A stretch of 64,000 bases of DNA, taken from NCBI GenBank assembly GCA_963754085.1, contig CAVWFA010000009.1, positions 7,086 to 71,085 of the forward strand. Direction: 5' to 3'. Position numbers and translations under genes: made by a program. The DNA comes from Candidatus Aminicenantes bacterium (GTDB lineage Bacteria; Acidobacteriota; Aminicenantia; Aminicenantales; Saccharicenantaceae). Under the pieces are notes generated by a model. The model did not search any database. It saw only the letters and a list, made by a program, of their open reading frames with translations, and had not been told where the DNA came from. Positions within the stretch are counted from its first letter, which is position 1; every line of letters starts with the position of its first letter. Positions 56,493 to 64,000 of the stretch are shown here, piece by piece.

Positions 56493-56528
56493 TCGACGAG
56501 CGCTGGCGGGTCCGCGTCGTCAGGTAGC
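56493..56528. repeat. 36-bp perfect direct repeat, copy 2
   Basis: Identical to 55017..55052. Together the two copies bracket the Kelch gene and its promoter. Confidence 0.85.
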
Positions 56529-56545
56529 GGACGCGCCCGGCCGGC

Positions 56546-56566
56546 CTACTTGAGCAGGATGAGCGA
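56546..56566. repeat. 21-bp direct repeat A (a relic copy of the LVIVD gene 3' end)
   Basis: ctacttgagcaggatgagcga versus ctatttgagcaggatgagcga at 56931..56951 (1 mismatch). On the minus strand it reads ...SLILLK-stop, like the real gene end. Confidence 0.8.
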
Positions 56567-56626
56567 GTTGATTTTAGTTAACTTTATATTTATTAATTTA
56601 ACTTTTCATCGTAGACTGGCCTTATC

Positions 56627-56860
56627 ATGAAAGAACAGAAAGCCCTTCTGGCCGTGAAGGTCGATCCCGCCGTGGCGGAACGGGTCAGGCTATTCTGCCG
56701 CGAGCGGGGCTTGAAGTACGGGTTCTTCGTCGAAAAGGCCGTGGTCGAGAAGATCGCCCTGGAGGAGCTCAAGGAGGACCTTGTCGACTTGAAGAGCTTG
56801 CGCGAGCTCGAGGATAAGGCGGTCCCCCTTGACCGCTACGTCAAGAAACGCCGTGTATGA
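56627..56860 (+). CDS. ribbon-helix-helix-type antitoxin (RelB/ParD-like)
   Basis: 77 aa. It is preceded by a very AT-rich stretch (tttagttaactttatatttattaatttaac) that is atypical for this GC-rich window, and followed by an overlapping RelE/ParE-like start. Confidence 0.55.
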   Translation: MKEQKALLAVKVDPAVAERVRLFCRERGLKYGFFVEKAVVEKIALEELKEDLVDLKSLRELEDKAVPLDRYVKKRRV

Positions 56861-56921
56861 GATCCTGCTCCTCGCTCCGGCCCAAAAGGACCTCGACAAG
56901 CTCAATGATTCCTATTCGTGA
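56853..56921 (+). pseudogene. 22-codon remnant of a RelE/ParE-family toxin
   Basis: A GTG overlapping the antitoxin stop gives VYEILLLAPAQKDLDKLNDSYS*. This matches the conserved toxin N-terminus (Y-x-I...A-x-KDL-x-KL), but the ORF stops after 22 codons. Confidence 0.55.
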
Positions 56922-56930
56922 CCGGACCGC

Positions 56931-56951
56931 CTATTTGAGCAGGATGAGCGA
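56931..56951. repeat. 21-bp direct repeat B (the functional 3' end of the LVIVD gene)
   Basis: Partner of 56546..56566. Confidence 0.8.
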
Positions 56952-58868
56952 ATAGGTGTCGGCGACGAGGATGGTCTTGCCGAGGAGACAGAGGTTCTGG
57001 GCCTCTCCGGGCGTGTCATAGGACGAAACGAGCCGGGGGGCTTTTGGATCGGAGACATCGAATTTCTTGACCCCCGCCAACCCGTCGGCGACGAAGGCGA
57101 AGTCCCCGTCCAGGACGACGGCGCTGGCGAAATCGTCGACGGCGGCCGTGCCCAGGACCTTCGGCGCGTCGGGCCGCCCGACGTCAACGACGATCAGACC
57201 GTCGGCCCCGGCGGCCACGAAGGCGAGCGGACCGCGGACGGCAAGACCGGTCGGCTCCCCCGCCAACTTGAAGGCGGCGATCTGGACCGGCGCTTCGGGC
57301 TTCTTGATATCGATGACATGGAGCCCCGTGTCGCTGTTGGCCAGGAAGGCGATGTCGCCGGAGACGGCCAGTCCGTAGGTGAATCCGGACAGCTTGAACG
57401 AGCCGACGATCTTCGGCAGGGCCGGGTCGGTGAAGTCGAGAGTATAGAAGCCGAAGTTGTCGGCGGTGAGATAGCCGGCGGTCCCCCGGACGACCAGGGT
57501 CCTGGGGATGCCCTCGGTGAAGGTCAGGGGCTTGCCCGCCCTGGGCTTGGCCGGGTCGGTGACATCGAAGACCTTGATCGACCAGCGGTCGGTGACGTAG
57601 ACGAAGTTCCCGCCCGCCGCGATCCCTTGGACGCCGCGGAAGATGCTGGTCCCGCCGACGAGGGCGGGCCGGGCCGGGTCGCCGACGTTGACGGCCATGA
57701 CCCCCGAGAGCTCCCCGACCGCGTAGGCGTGGCGGTCGCGGCCGCAGACGGCGATGACGGAGCTCGGAGCGGCCAAGCGTGCCGTGACCTTCGGCTTGGC
57801 CGGATCGGCGAAGTCGACGAAGAAGATCCCGGAAAAGTAGTCGATAACGACGCCGGCGTCTCCGTCGAGGACGACCCGCCAGCCCTCGTTGTACATGGTG
57901 TACTTGTTGGTCGAGAGGACGGCTGGAGCGGCCGGGTTCGTGATGTCCAGGACCTGGTAGCCGCCGTCGTAGAGGCTGCCGACGCCAAGCAGCTTCCCGC
58001 TCACCGAGACGCTCCGGGCATATCCCGACGCGACCAGGGAGGCGGCCAGTTTCGGCGCGGCCGGTGCGGACGCGTCCACGACCTTGAGCCCGCCGGCCCC
58101 GTCGGCGATATAGGCATAGTCACCTGCCAGCGCGACCCCCTCGGCCGTCCCGTCCGTGTCGAGGGCCCCGACGGGCTTGAGCTTCGCCGGCGCCGAGACG
58201 TCGACGATCGCGAGGCCGCCGCTGCCGTCGGCGACGAAGAGGGACTTGCCTTTGAGCGCGAGCCCGGTCGCCTCGCCGGGCGAATCCCAGGCGCCGAGGA
58301 GCTTCGGCGCGGCCGGCCTGGCGATATCGACCGCCAGCACGCCGCCGGTCCCGTCGGCGACCAGGGCGACGGAGCCGTCGACCGCGACGTCGCGGGCCTG
58401 GCCCGGTGTGTCCAGGAGGCTCTTCAGGACCGGAGCCTTCGGATCGGTGATATCGATCACGGCCAGGCCCTTGTCGGACGCCGCGACCAGCGCCAGGTTC
58501 CCCGCCAACGAGACGGCGAAGCCGCCGCCGAGATGAAGGCTGGAAAGCGCCTGCGGCTTCTTCGGATCGGACAGGTCCAGGATCTGCAGTCCGTCGAGGA
58601 ACGCGCAGTAGGCCCGCCCGTCCCGGACCTCGACGTCGTGGGCTTTCGTCCACAGGGACGAGCCGAGGAAGGCCAGCTGTCCCTCGTCCGGCCCGACGCC
58701 GGCCGACCCGGTCGTCGCGGACAACCCGGTTGTCGAGGACGACCCGGCGACCGCCAAGAACGCAAGAACAGGAAGCATCCCCAAGACGGATCTCGGTTTA
58801 ATCATGTTCGCCCTCCGCTGCGGCGACTCGCCTGGATTATTCATGAAAACGCCGTTATTCTCCATCAA
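56931..58868 (-). CDS. LVIVD-repeat beta-propeller protein, secreted
   Basis: Repeated motifs LVADGTGGVLAVDI, FVADGSGGLAIVDV, YIADGAGGLKVVDA, FVADGLAGVKKFDVSDP. Signal peptide SVLGMLPVLAFLAVAGS. The exact start is uncertain. Confidence 0.75.
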   Translation of the reverse strand: MMENNGVFMNNPGESPQRRANMIKPRSVLGMLPVLAFLAVAGSSSTTGLSATTGSAGVGPDEGQLAFLGSSLWTKAHDVEVRDGRAYCAFLDGLQILDLSDPKKPQALSSLHLGGGFAVSLAGNLALVAASDKGLAVIDITDPKAPVLKSLLDTPGQARDVAVDGSVALVADGTGGVLAVDIARPAAPKLLGAWDSPGEATGLALKGKSLFVADGSGGLAIVDVSAPAKLKPVGALDTDGTAEGVALAGDYAYIADGAGGLKVVDASAPAAPKLAASLVASGYARSVSVSGKLLGVGSLYDGGYQVLDITNPAAPAVLSTNKYTMYNEGWRVVLDGDAGVVIDYFSGIFFVDFADPAKPKVTARLAAPSSVIAVCGRDRHAYAVGELSGVMAVNVGDPARPALVGGTSIFRGVQGIAAGGNFVYVTDRWSIKVFDVTDPAKPRAGKPLTFTEGIPRTLVVRGTAGYLTADNFGFYTLDFTDPALPKIVGSFKLSGFTYGLAVSGDIAFLANSDTGLHVIDIKKPEAPVQIAAFKLAGEPTGLAVRGPLAFVAAGADGLIVVDVGRPDAPKVLGTAAVDDFASAVVLDGDFAFVADGLAGVKKFDVSDPKAPRLVSSYDTPGEAQNLCLLGKTILVADTYSLILLK

Positions 58869-58909
58869 AGATAAAGAACCAAGAGCGGCGTTTTCATGAA
58901 TAGTCCAGG

Positions 58910-59806
58910 CTAGATCAGGACGTCGTCGGGCCAGCCTAGCTTGACCAGCTCGATCCGGGCGGGGTCGGCCGTGCCGATCCCGTACTTGGTGTCGGCGATC
59001 TGGATGTGCTTGGGGACCGGCGGGATCTCCTGGTCCGGGCCCAATTCGATCCGCCGCTTGGCCATGATCAGCCGGAGGCCGACCGAATCGACGGCCACCG
59101 GATCCTCGCCGACGATGAGGCCCTTGTAGTTCCAGACGTATCTGCGGCTGAAATTGTGCGGGCCGCGGCCGTGGAACTGCGGGGTCAGGGCGCAGAGGAC
59201 GTTCAGCCGCGTCTTGCCCTTGACCTGGGGCAGGAGGAAGAGCGAGCCGAGCGAAGCGCAGCTGTCGGGATGGTGGTCCGGCTGGGACTCGGCGAACATG
59301 ATGTAGTTCTTGAGGCAGCCCGACATGCCGGCCAGATAGTGCGTCCGGACGGGCCGGACGTTGATCAGGGCCGTGGCCTTGACGAAGAGCGGGTTCGTCC
59401 GCACGGTGTGGTCGTCGAGCCCGATGTTCGGCTCGGCGACGCCGGCGTCCAGGAGCCGGCGCTTGATGGCCTTCTCGACCGGGGCGGGCGTCGGCAGGAA
59501 GGACCAGACGTTGGTCTTGATGCCGACGACGTCCTCGGGCTTGACCAGCCGCTTGAACGCTTCGACCGGATCGCTCACGTCGAGGAGCTTCGAGACGGCG
59601 TCGTCGAGCATCTGTTGGATGACAGGCTCGTTGAATGCCGAATCGGCGTCGAGCGCGTCGGGGTGGCGGACGAGGACCACCCGGGTCTTCCCGGCCGGCG
59701 CGGCGCCGGTCTGGCCGAACGCGGTGGAAGCGGCGGACGCGCCCAGCACGGCGGCCGCGGTGCCTCGGATGAAATCGCGGCGGGTCATGAAGGATGTCAT
59801 GGTCAC
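58910..59806 (-). CDS. TAT-exported DUF362-domain protein
   Basis: The twin-arginine signal is MTRRDFIRGTAAAVLGASA. The body (VVLVRHPDA...VGIKTNVWS...INVRPVRTHYLAGMSGCLKNY...EDPVAVDSVGLRLI) fits DUF362. Confidence 0.65.
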   Translation of the reverse strand: MTMTSFMTRRDFIRGTAAAVLGASAASTAFGQTGAAPAGKTRVVLVRHPDALDADSAFNEPVIQQMLDDAVSKLLDVSDPVEAFKRLVKPEDVVGIKTNVWSFLPTPAPVEKAIKRRLLDAGVAEPNIGLDDHTVRTNPLFVKATALINVRPVRTHYLAGMSGCLKNYIMFAESQPDHHPDSCASLGSLFLLPQVKGKTRLNVLCALTPQFHGRGPHNFSRRYVWNYKGLIVGEDPVAVDSVGLRLIMAKRRIELGPDQEIPPVPKHIQIADTKYGIGTADPARIELVKLGWPDDVLI

Positions 59807-59807
59807 C

Positions 59808-60737
59808 TCATCGGGGCGGACGGGTGGCCGTCTCGGCCAGCCGCCCGGCGAATTCTTTCGACGACGCTTCGAAAACGACGGCCAGGACGCAGTCCCGCGT
59901 CCTGATCATCGACCATCCCTTCTTCTCGGTCAGGGCGGCCCCGTCGGCGTCCGCCTGGGGCAGAAGCGTTCTCAGGAACGACGCGGCCGCGGCGCCAGCT
60001 CTCGCGGCGTCGGGGTACCGGACGACGAGCAGCCGCGCGGAATCGCCGCCGACCGGGCCGGCCGCGCCAACCGGGTTGTCCGCGACGACCGGGTCGTATT
60101 CGGCGAACAGGCATTCGGTCTTCTCGTCGAGGTCCAAGACGTTCTCGGCGGAGACGAAATAGCGGTTGCTGAGATGGACGTGGTTGTGGAAATAAGCGGT
60201 CTTTCTCGGCTTCAATCCGGCCGTAGGCAGGACCTTGATCATGTCCGGCGGGGCGCCGTCGGGGACGAGGAGCGGCGCGACCGCCTTCCCCAGGTCGAGG
60301 ACGGCCATCTCCGCCTTGTCCTCGTTGCCAGAGACCGTGATCGACACGAAATAGCGGCCGCGCCAGAACCGCAGCAGCCCCGGGCCGTACTCCGAGCCCT
60401 GGCCGATCCCGGCCTCCGGGTCCTGCCGGTCGCAGGAGAACATACCGAAAGCTTCGGCCGGCGAGCCCATGTCGTAGATGTCCAGGGCGATCTCGTTCCC
60501 GGCGGCGTCGGCGTACTTGCGGACGAAGACCTCGCGGAAATCGAAGGCCAGGTAGACTTCCGCGCCCCCGTCCATGTAATCGTAGAGCGTCTTCCGGTCA
60601 TAGACCGCGTCCTCGCCGGACGCCTTCCAGTCCAGGACCTGCTTGGGGATCTTGGGTCCGAAATCCTTCACGGCACCTCCGACGACGGCAAGTAAGGCGG
60701 GTATGACCGCGAGGGTCAGGCATCGGGCGATCTGCAT
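59808..60737 (-). CDS. secreted protein of unknown function, paralogue B
   Basis: 309 aa. LYDYMDGGAEVYLAFDFREVFVRKY...GRYFVSITV is paralogous to 62522..63442 (LFNQIDGGAELFLEFGFVRLRLQAY...GRYFIQVDN). Confidence 0.55.
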   Translation of the reverse strand: MQIARCLTLAVIPALLAVVGGAVKDFGPKIPKQVLDWKASGEDAVYDRKTLYDYMDGGAEVYLAFDFREVFVRKYADAAGNEIALDIYDMGSPAEAFGMFSCDRQDPEAGIGQGSEYGPGLLRFWRGRYFVSITVSGNEDKAEMAVLDLGKAVAPLLVPDGAPPDMIKVLPTAGLKPRKTAYFHNHVHLSNRYFVSAENVLDLDEKTECLFAEYDPVVADNPVGAAGPVGGDSARLLVVRYPDAARAGAAAASFLRTLLPQADADGAALTEKKGWSMIRTRDCVLAVVFEASSKEFAGRLAETATRPPR

Positions 60738-60743
60738 CGGGAC

Positions 60744-62525
60744 CTACTTCTTCTCCAGGACGCCGATCCCGACTTCGGTCCCGTCCATATCGACGACCAC
60801 AAGGAGCGACCCGCTCGCCTGATAGTAGACGATGTTGAGGCTGCCGCCGCCCGCCGTGAAAGTGCCCGTCCATCGGCCGGGACGGCCCGCGTCGGCGTCG
60901 AACGTGCCGGCGAACACGGCGCCGGCCGCCGTCCGCCCGGCCTGGTTGGCATCAATGGTCCCGGCCAGCGCGCCGGCCGAAGCGTCCGCCCGTCCGATCC
61001 AATCGATCTCACCGGGAGTGGCGATGAACTGCAGGTTGACGGCGTAATCACCCTCGAAGGATCCCGGGATCCGGGGCACGATGAATCCCGTGGCGACCGC
61101 GCCGGCGTCCCAATCAAAGAGCAGGGCCCCGCCGCCCCCTTCGGCGCTCGAGGGATCGAAGAGGTTCAGGGTTGGGTCGACGGCGAAGATCAGCTGCGCG
61201 GACACGTTCCTTCGCTCGTCGACGGCGGGGGGGAAGTCCAGGGTGCCGACCCCGTCGGCGGCGATGGTGTACCGGGCCTGGCCCTCGAGCGAGGCAAAGG
61301 CGCCCGTCCCCGCGTTGTTCAGGTCGGAGGCGCCGGCCGTGAAATTGCCGGCCCCGTCGGAGGTGAACTGCCCGGCCATGGCCAGGGGCCCGTTCGACGT
61401 CCCCCCGGAGTGGGAGAAGACATAGTCCCCGGTCAGGGACGCGGCCGAGAACGTCGCGCTCATCCCCGCGTCCCCCTGCCCGTACATGCTGCCGCCGGTC
61501 ATGAAGGACGGATAGCCCTTTTCGACGAGCCTCAGCACCCGGCCCTCGACGGCGTAATAAGCGAAGTCGACGTTGACGTCGAGCGCGATCGTGCCCCGGC
61601 CGAACTGGTCCGGGGCCGTCACCGATCCCGTGGTCTCAGACAGGAACGTGAACCCCCCGTCGTTCTCGAAGTAGGTGCCGCTCGAGACCGCCCCGGACAG
61701 GGCGCTCATGATGAGGGCGCCGCCGCGGGCGATCGGCTGGTTGTAGGAAACGTCGACGCCCTGGGTCGTGAAGGCGAAGGCGCCGCTCAGGGCCGCGGCG
61801 TCGAGGGCTCCCGGGGCCTGAGCGTCGAGGCTCCCGCTCGAGGTCGCGGTCCCGTCGAACTGGGTGATGAGCGCGTGGGCGTTCGAGGTCAGGACGACGC
61901 TGAAGGTCTCGACGCCGTTGTTCGGAAGCTCCGCGTTGTCCACGACGAGCGTGATGCTGCCCCGGCCGTCCGGGCCGACGGCATAGGTCCCGGTGACGAG
62001 ATCGGGCCCGGCCTGGAGCGTCTCGTCGGAGTAATCCTGTTCTCCCCCGGTGATCGTGCCGTTGCCGTCGGCGACGATCGTTCCCGCGGCCGCGTAGCCT
62101 CCGGAGTTGTCCGCCCCCTGGACGGCGAAGACATAGGCGCCGTTGAGGCGGACGTTCGAACCCTCCGGGACGACGGTGACGGTCGCGCTGGCCGTGGCGC
62201 TGACGTCCGCGGCCGCGGTCACCGTGACCGTGACGGTGCCCGGCGACGCGGGGGCCGTGAAGGACGTGACACCGCCGTTGGCCGTATGGGCCGGCGCGAA
62301 GGCGCCGCAGGACCCGCCGCCGCACGACCAGTCGATCCCGGCCCCCGATTCGTCGTTGCCGACGTTCGCGGCCAAACGGACCGTCTGGTTGACCGTCACG
62401 ATCGCCGGGGCGTTGGTCAGCTGGATCGTCACCGCCGCCGGCTCCTGCTTGGCGCAGGCGGAAGACGAGACGACCGCGAAAGCCAGGGCCGCGATGAGTC
62501 CGGGATATCCGCAGAGCTTCTTCAT
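60744..62525 (-). CDS. lipoprotein with N-terminal Ig-like (Big_2-like) domain and a long Gly/Thr/Ala-rich beta-rich region
   Basis: Lipobox AFAVVSSSAC. VTVNQTVRLAANVGND...WSCGGGSCGAF...TVTVTVTAAAD. No catalytic motif. Confidence 0.55.
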   Translation of the reverse strand: MKKLCGYPGLIAALAFAVVSSSACAKQEPAAVTIQLTNAPAIVTVNQTVRLAANVGNDESGAGIDWSCGGGSCGAFAPAHTANGGVTSFTAPASPGTVTVTVTAAADVSATASATVTVVPEGSNVRLNGAYVFAVQGADNSGGYAAAGTIVADGNGTITGGEQDYSDETLQAGPDLVTGTYAVGPDGRGSITLVVDNAELPNNGVETFSVVLTSNAHALITQFDGTATSSGSLDAQAPGALDAAALSGAFAFTTQGVDVSYNQPIARGGALIMSALSGAVSSGTYFENDGGFTFLSETTGSVTAPDQFGRGTIALDVNVDFAYYAVEGRVLRLVEKGYPSFMTGGSMYGQGDAGMSATFSAASLTGDYVFSHSGGTSNGPLAMAGQFTSDGAGNFTAGASDLNNAGTGAFASLEGQARYTIAADGVGTLDFPPAVDERRNVSAQLIFAVDPTLNLFDPSSAEGGGGALLFDWDAGAVATGFIVPRIPGSFEGDYAVNLQFIATPGEIDWIGRADASAGALAGTIDANQAGRTAAGAVFAGTFDADAGRPGRWTGTFTAGGGSLNIVYYQASGSLLVVVDMDGTEVGIGVLEKK

Positions 62526-63442
62526 GGGCGACGCTCCGAAACCTCATTCGAGCTGTTGAACCGGATATCCAGGACGGCGCCGCGCCGGGTGACGGAGCCT
62601 TTCTTCGCCTGGAAGTCGACGAAATCGAACCCGTCGGGCCGTTCACGCGTGACCTTGAGATAGGGGTCGAGATCGGCCTTGAGATGGGCCAAGGCTTCCG
62701 CCGAAGCGGCCGGGTCGGGATAAGGCACGAGGAGCCTATGGAAGGTCGATCCGCCGGCCGTCTTGTAGGCGGCCAAGCCCCCGAAGACCCGGCCGCCGAG
62801 CGAGAGGGAATCCCCTTCCCCGAACGTGAAGTAGGGTTGGAGCCCGTAGGGTCCCCGGATCAGGCGCTCGGAACCCGGCATCTTTCCCTCGGCGGGAAGG
62901 AGGTCGAGCGGCGTCGGCGCCGCTTCCTGGGCGACGCCGGCCAGGAAGGCGTTGGCCAGGGCGACCGTCTCGGTCCGCGATGCGGCGACCTCGCCGAGGT
63001 TGTCGACCTGGATGAAATAGCGGCCCTTGAGGATGGTCAGCTGGATCTCTTCGGAAGAGTTGCGGGCCGCGATCCCGGCGAACGGGGCTTCTCGGCCCAT
63101 CTTCATCAGATAAACGCCGAGAGCGGACGCGGCGCTCTCCATCTCGTAGGCGTTGAGCGTCAGCTCGGCCCGGCCGCGGGCGTAGGCCTGGAGGCGCAGG
63201 CGGACGAATCCGAACTCGAGAAAGAGCTCGGCCCCGCCGTCGATCTGGTTGAAGAGGTCCTGGCCGGTGAACGTCCGCAACGCCCCGGCCTTGGCCCAGC
63301 CGGCGGCGAACATCGCCTCGGGAACGGCGGGCGGGCCCGGCGGCGTCTGGGCCGTCGCGAACAGGCCGCTCGATAGACAGGCCAATACTGAGAGAACGGC
63401 GAATCTCCCGGTCCCCTCGCGCGGCCCGTCAGACCTTGACAT
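62522..63442 (-). CDS. secreted protein of unknown function, paralogue A
   Basis: 306 aa with a signal peptide. A 4-nt ATGA overlap with the lipoprotein gene and a 14-nt overlap with the upstream DUF362 gene. Confidence 0.55.
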   Translation of the reverse strand: MSRSDGPREGTGRFAVLSVLACLSSGLFATAQTPPGPPAVPEAMFAAGWAKAGALRTFTGQDLFNQIDGGAELFLEFGFVRLRLQAYARGRAELTLNAYEMESAASALGVYLMKMGREAPFAGIAARNSSEEIQLTILKGRYFIQVDNLGEVAASRTETVALANAFLAGVAQEAAPTPLDLLPAEGKMPGSERLIRGPYGLQPYFTFGEGDSLSLGGRVFGGLAAYKTAGGSTFHRLLVPYPDPAASAEALAHLKADLDPYLKVTRERPDGFDFVDFQAKKGSVTRRGAVLDIRFNSSNEVSERRP

Positions 63443-64000
63443 GCGTGATCTTGGCCGGGTCGGCGATCCCCAGGCCCAGCTTCTCCGCGTAGCGCAGGTA
63501 ATTCGTGAAGCGGGGATTCTCGTTAACCGCGACGCCCATCTCCTTGCGCTTGGCCACGATCTTGGTATGGCAGACCAGGTCCAGTGCGAACGGGTCGGAG
63601 GCGAAATAGAGCCGGTTGTCGATGTAGGCGAACTTGGCGTTCTTGTCCGGGCCGCCGTCGTACTGCGACCGCAGGCCGTCGGTGACGTTGAGGACCATCT
63701 TGTCGCGCACGGGCCAGAAGGCCGGCACCTCGACGCAGACGTCCAGGAACAGGGGCGCGTGGAGCCGGTTCGTGTTGCAGACGGCGCCGTAGCCGATGTT
63801 CTTGGTGGCCATGGAGATGGCGTTGCCGGTGTTCTTGAACACGGGCAGGTTGACGATCTTGGTCAGCTTCTTGGTCAGGAGGTTGCCAAAGTAGGAGTGC
63901 TTGCCGTTGAAGACGTGCTGGTTGAGGTAAGGCAGGTCCTTGGGCCCCTCGACGTCGGCCCAGTAGAAGACCTCCTGGTCGAAGTTGGGCACGCTGACAT
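63429..64000 (-). CDS. DUF362-domain protein, 5' end beyond the window
   Basis: ...VNLPVFKNTGNAISMATKNIGYGAVCNTNRLH...ASDPFALDLVCHTKIVAKRKEMG... is the C-terminal DUF362 region. The ORF-track GTG start is an edge artefact. Confidence 0.6.
   Translation of the reverse strand, partial: VSVPNFDQEVFYWADVEGPKDLPYLNQHVFNGKHSYFGNLLTKKLTKIVNLPVFKNTGNAISMATKNIGYGAVCNTNRLHAPLFLDVCVEVPAFWPVRDKMVLNVTDGLRSQYDGGPDKNAKFAYIDNRLYFASDPFALDLVCHTKIVAKRKEMGVAVNENPRFTNYLRYAEKLGLGIADPAKITHVKV

Noticed and set aside
1-64000. CRISPR arrays, rRNA/tRNA genes, transposases, integrases and phage genes.
   Set aside because: There are no regularly spaced repeats, no structured-RNA hallmarks and no DDE/tyrosine-recombinase-like ORFs. 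The only mobile-looking items are the short repeats and the TA remnant reported above.

Overview
GC-rich chromosomal segment from a diderm bacterium: it has many outer-membrane beta-barrel genes, lipoproteins, TAT signals and sigma-54 machinery. I saw no rRNA, tRNA, CRISPR array or transposase.

Gene content by region:
- 1-22.5 kb (all minus strand): an organosulfur/sulfated-substrate neighbourhood. It holds a PFL2-type glycyl-radical enzyme downstream of a GAF-PAS-GAF sigma-54 activator, a 66-aa mini-rhodanese, a DszB-like desulfinase homologue, a CoA-disulfide-reductase-rhodanese fusion in an operon with BASS and SYLF genes, a PAS/GAF histidine kinase with a response regulator, and two arylsulfatases.
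- 22.6-34 kb: a locus combining a ~1419-aa PlsA/PlsR(Ger)-type double-HgdC-ATPase/dehydratase-like fusion, a 520-aa radical SAM enzyme and four small outer-membrane barrel families (DUF481, DUF2490, OMP_b-brl, MetA-like).
- 34-37 kb: a NarL-type two-component system.
- 37.3-44.4 kb (plus strand): a porin / amidohydrolase / DcaP-like porin / secreted glutaminase operon and small genes, carrying many frameshifts.
- 44.5-56 kb: GPP34, a SulP permease, an anaerobic sulfatase maturase, a large glycoside-hydrolase-like lipoprotein, a GH29 fucosidase and a Kelch propeller.
- 56.5-64 kb: a decayed RHH/RelE-type toxin-antitoxin cassette, then a tightly packed all-secreted operon of unknown function (LVIVD propeller, two TAT-DUF362 genes, two paralogous unknown proteins, an Ig-like lipoprotein).

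Cross-cutting signals:
- A conserved 16-mer abuts the -35 box of at least seven promoters.
- There are two sigma-54 promoter candidates.
- There are recent segmental duplications: a rhodanese 3' end, a sensory GAF-PAS module and a lipoprotein 5' end.
- Frameshifts cluster non-randomly.

All family assignments come from reading motifs by eye. No database was searched.
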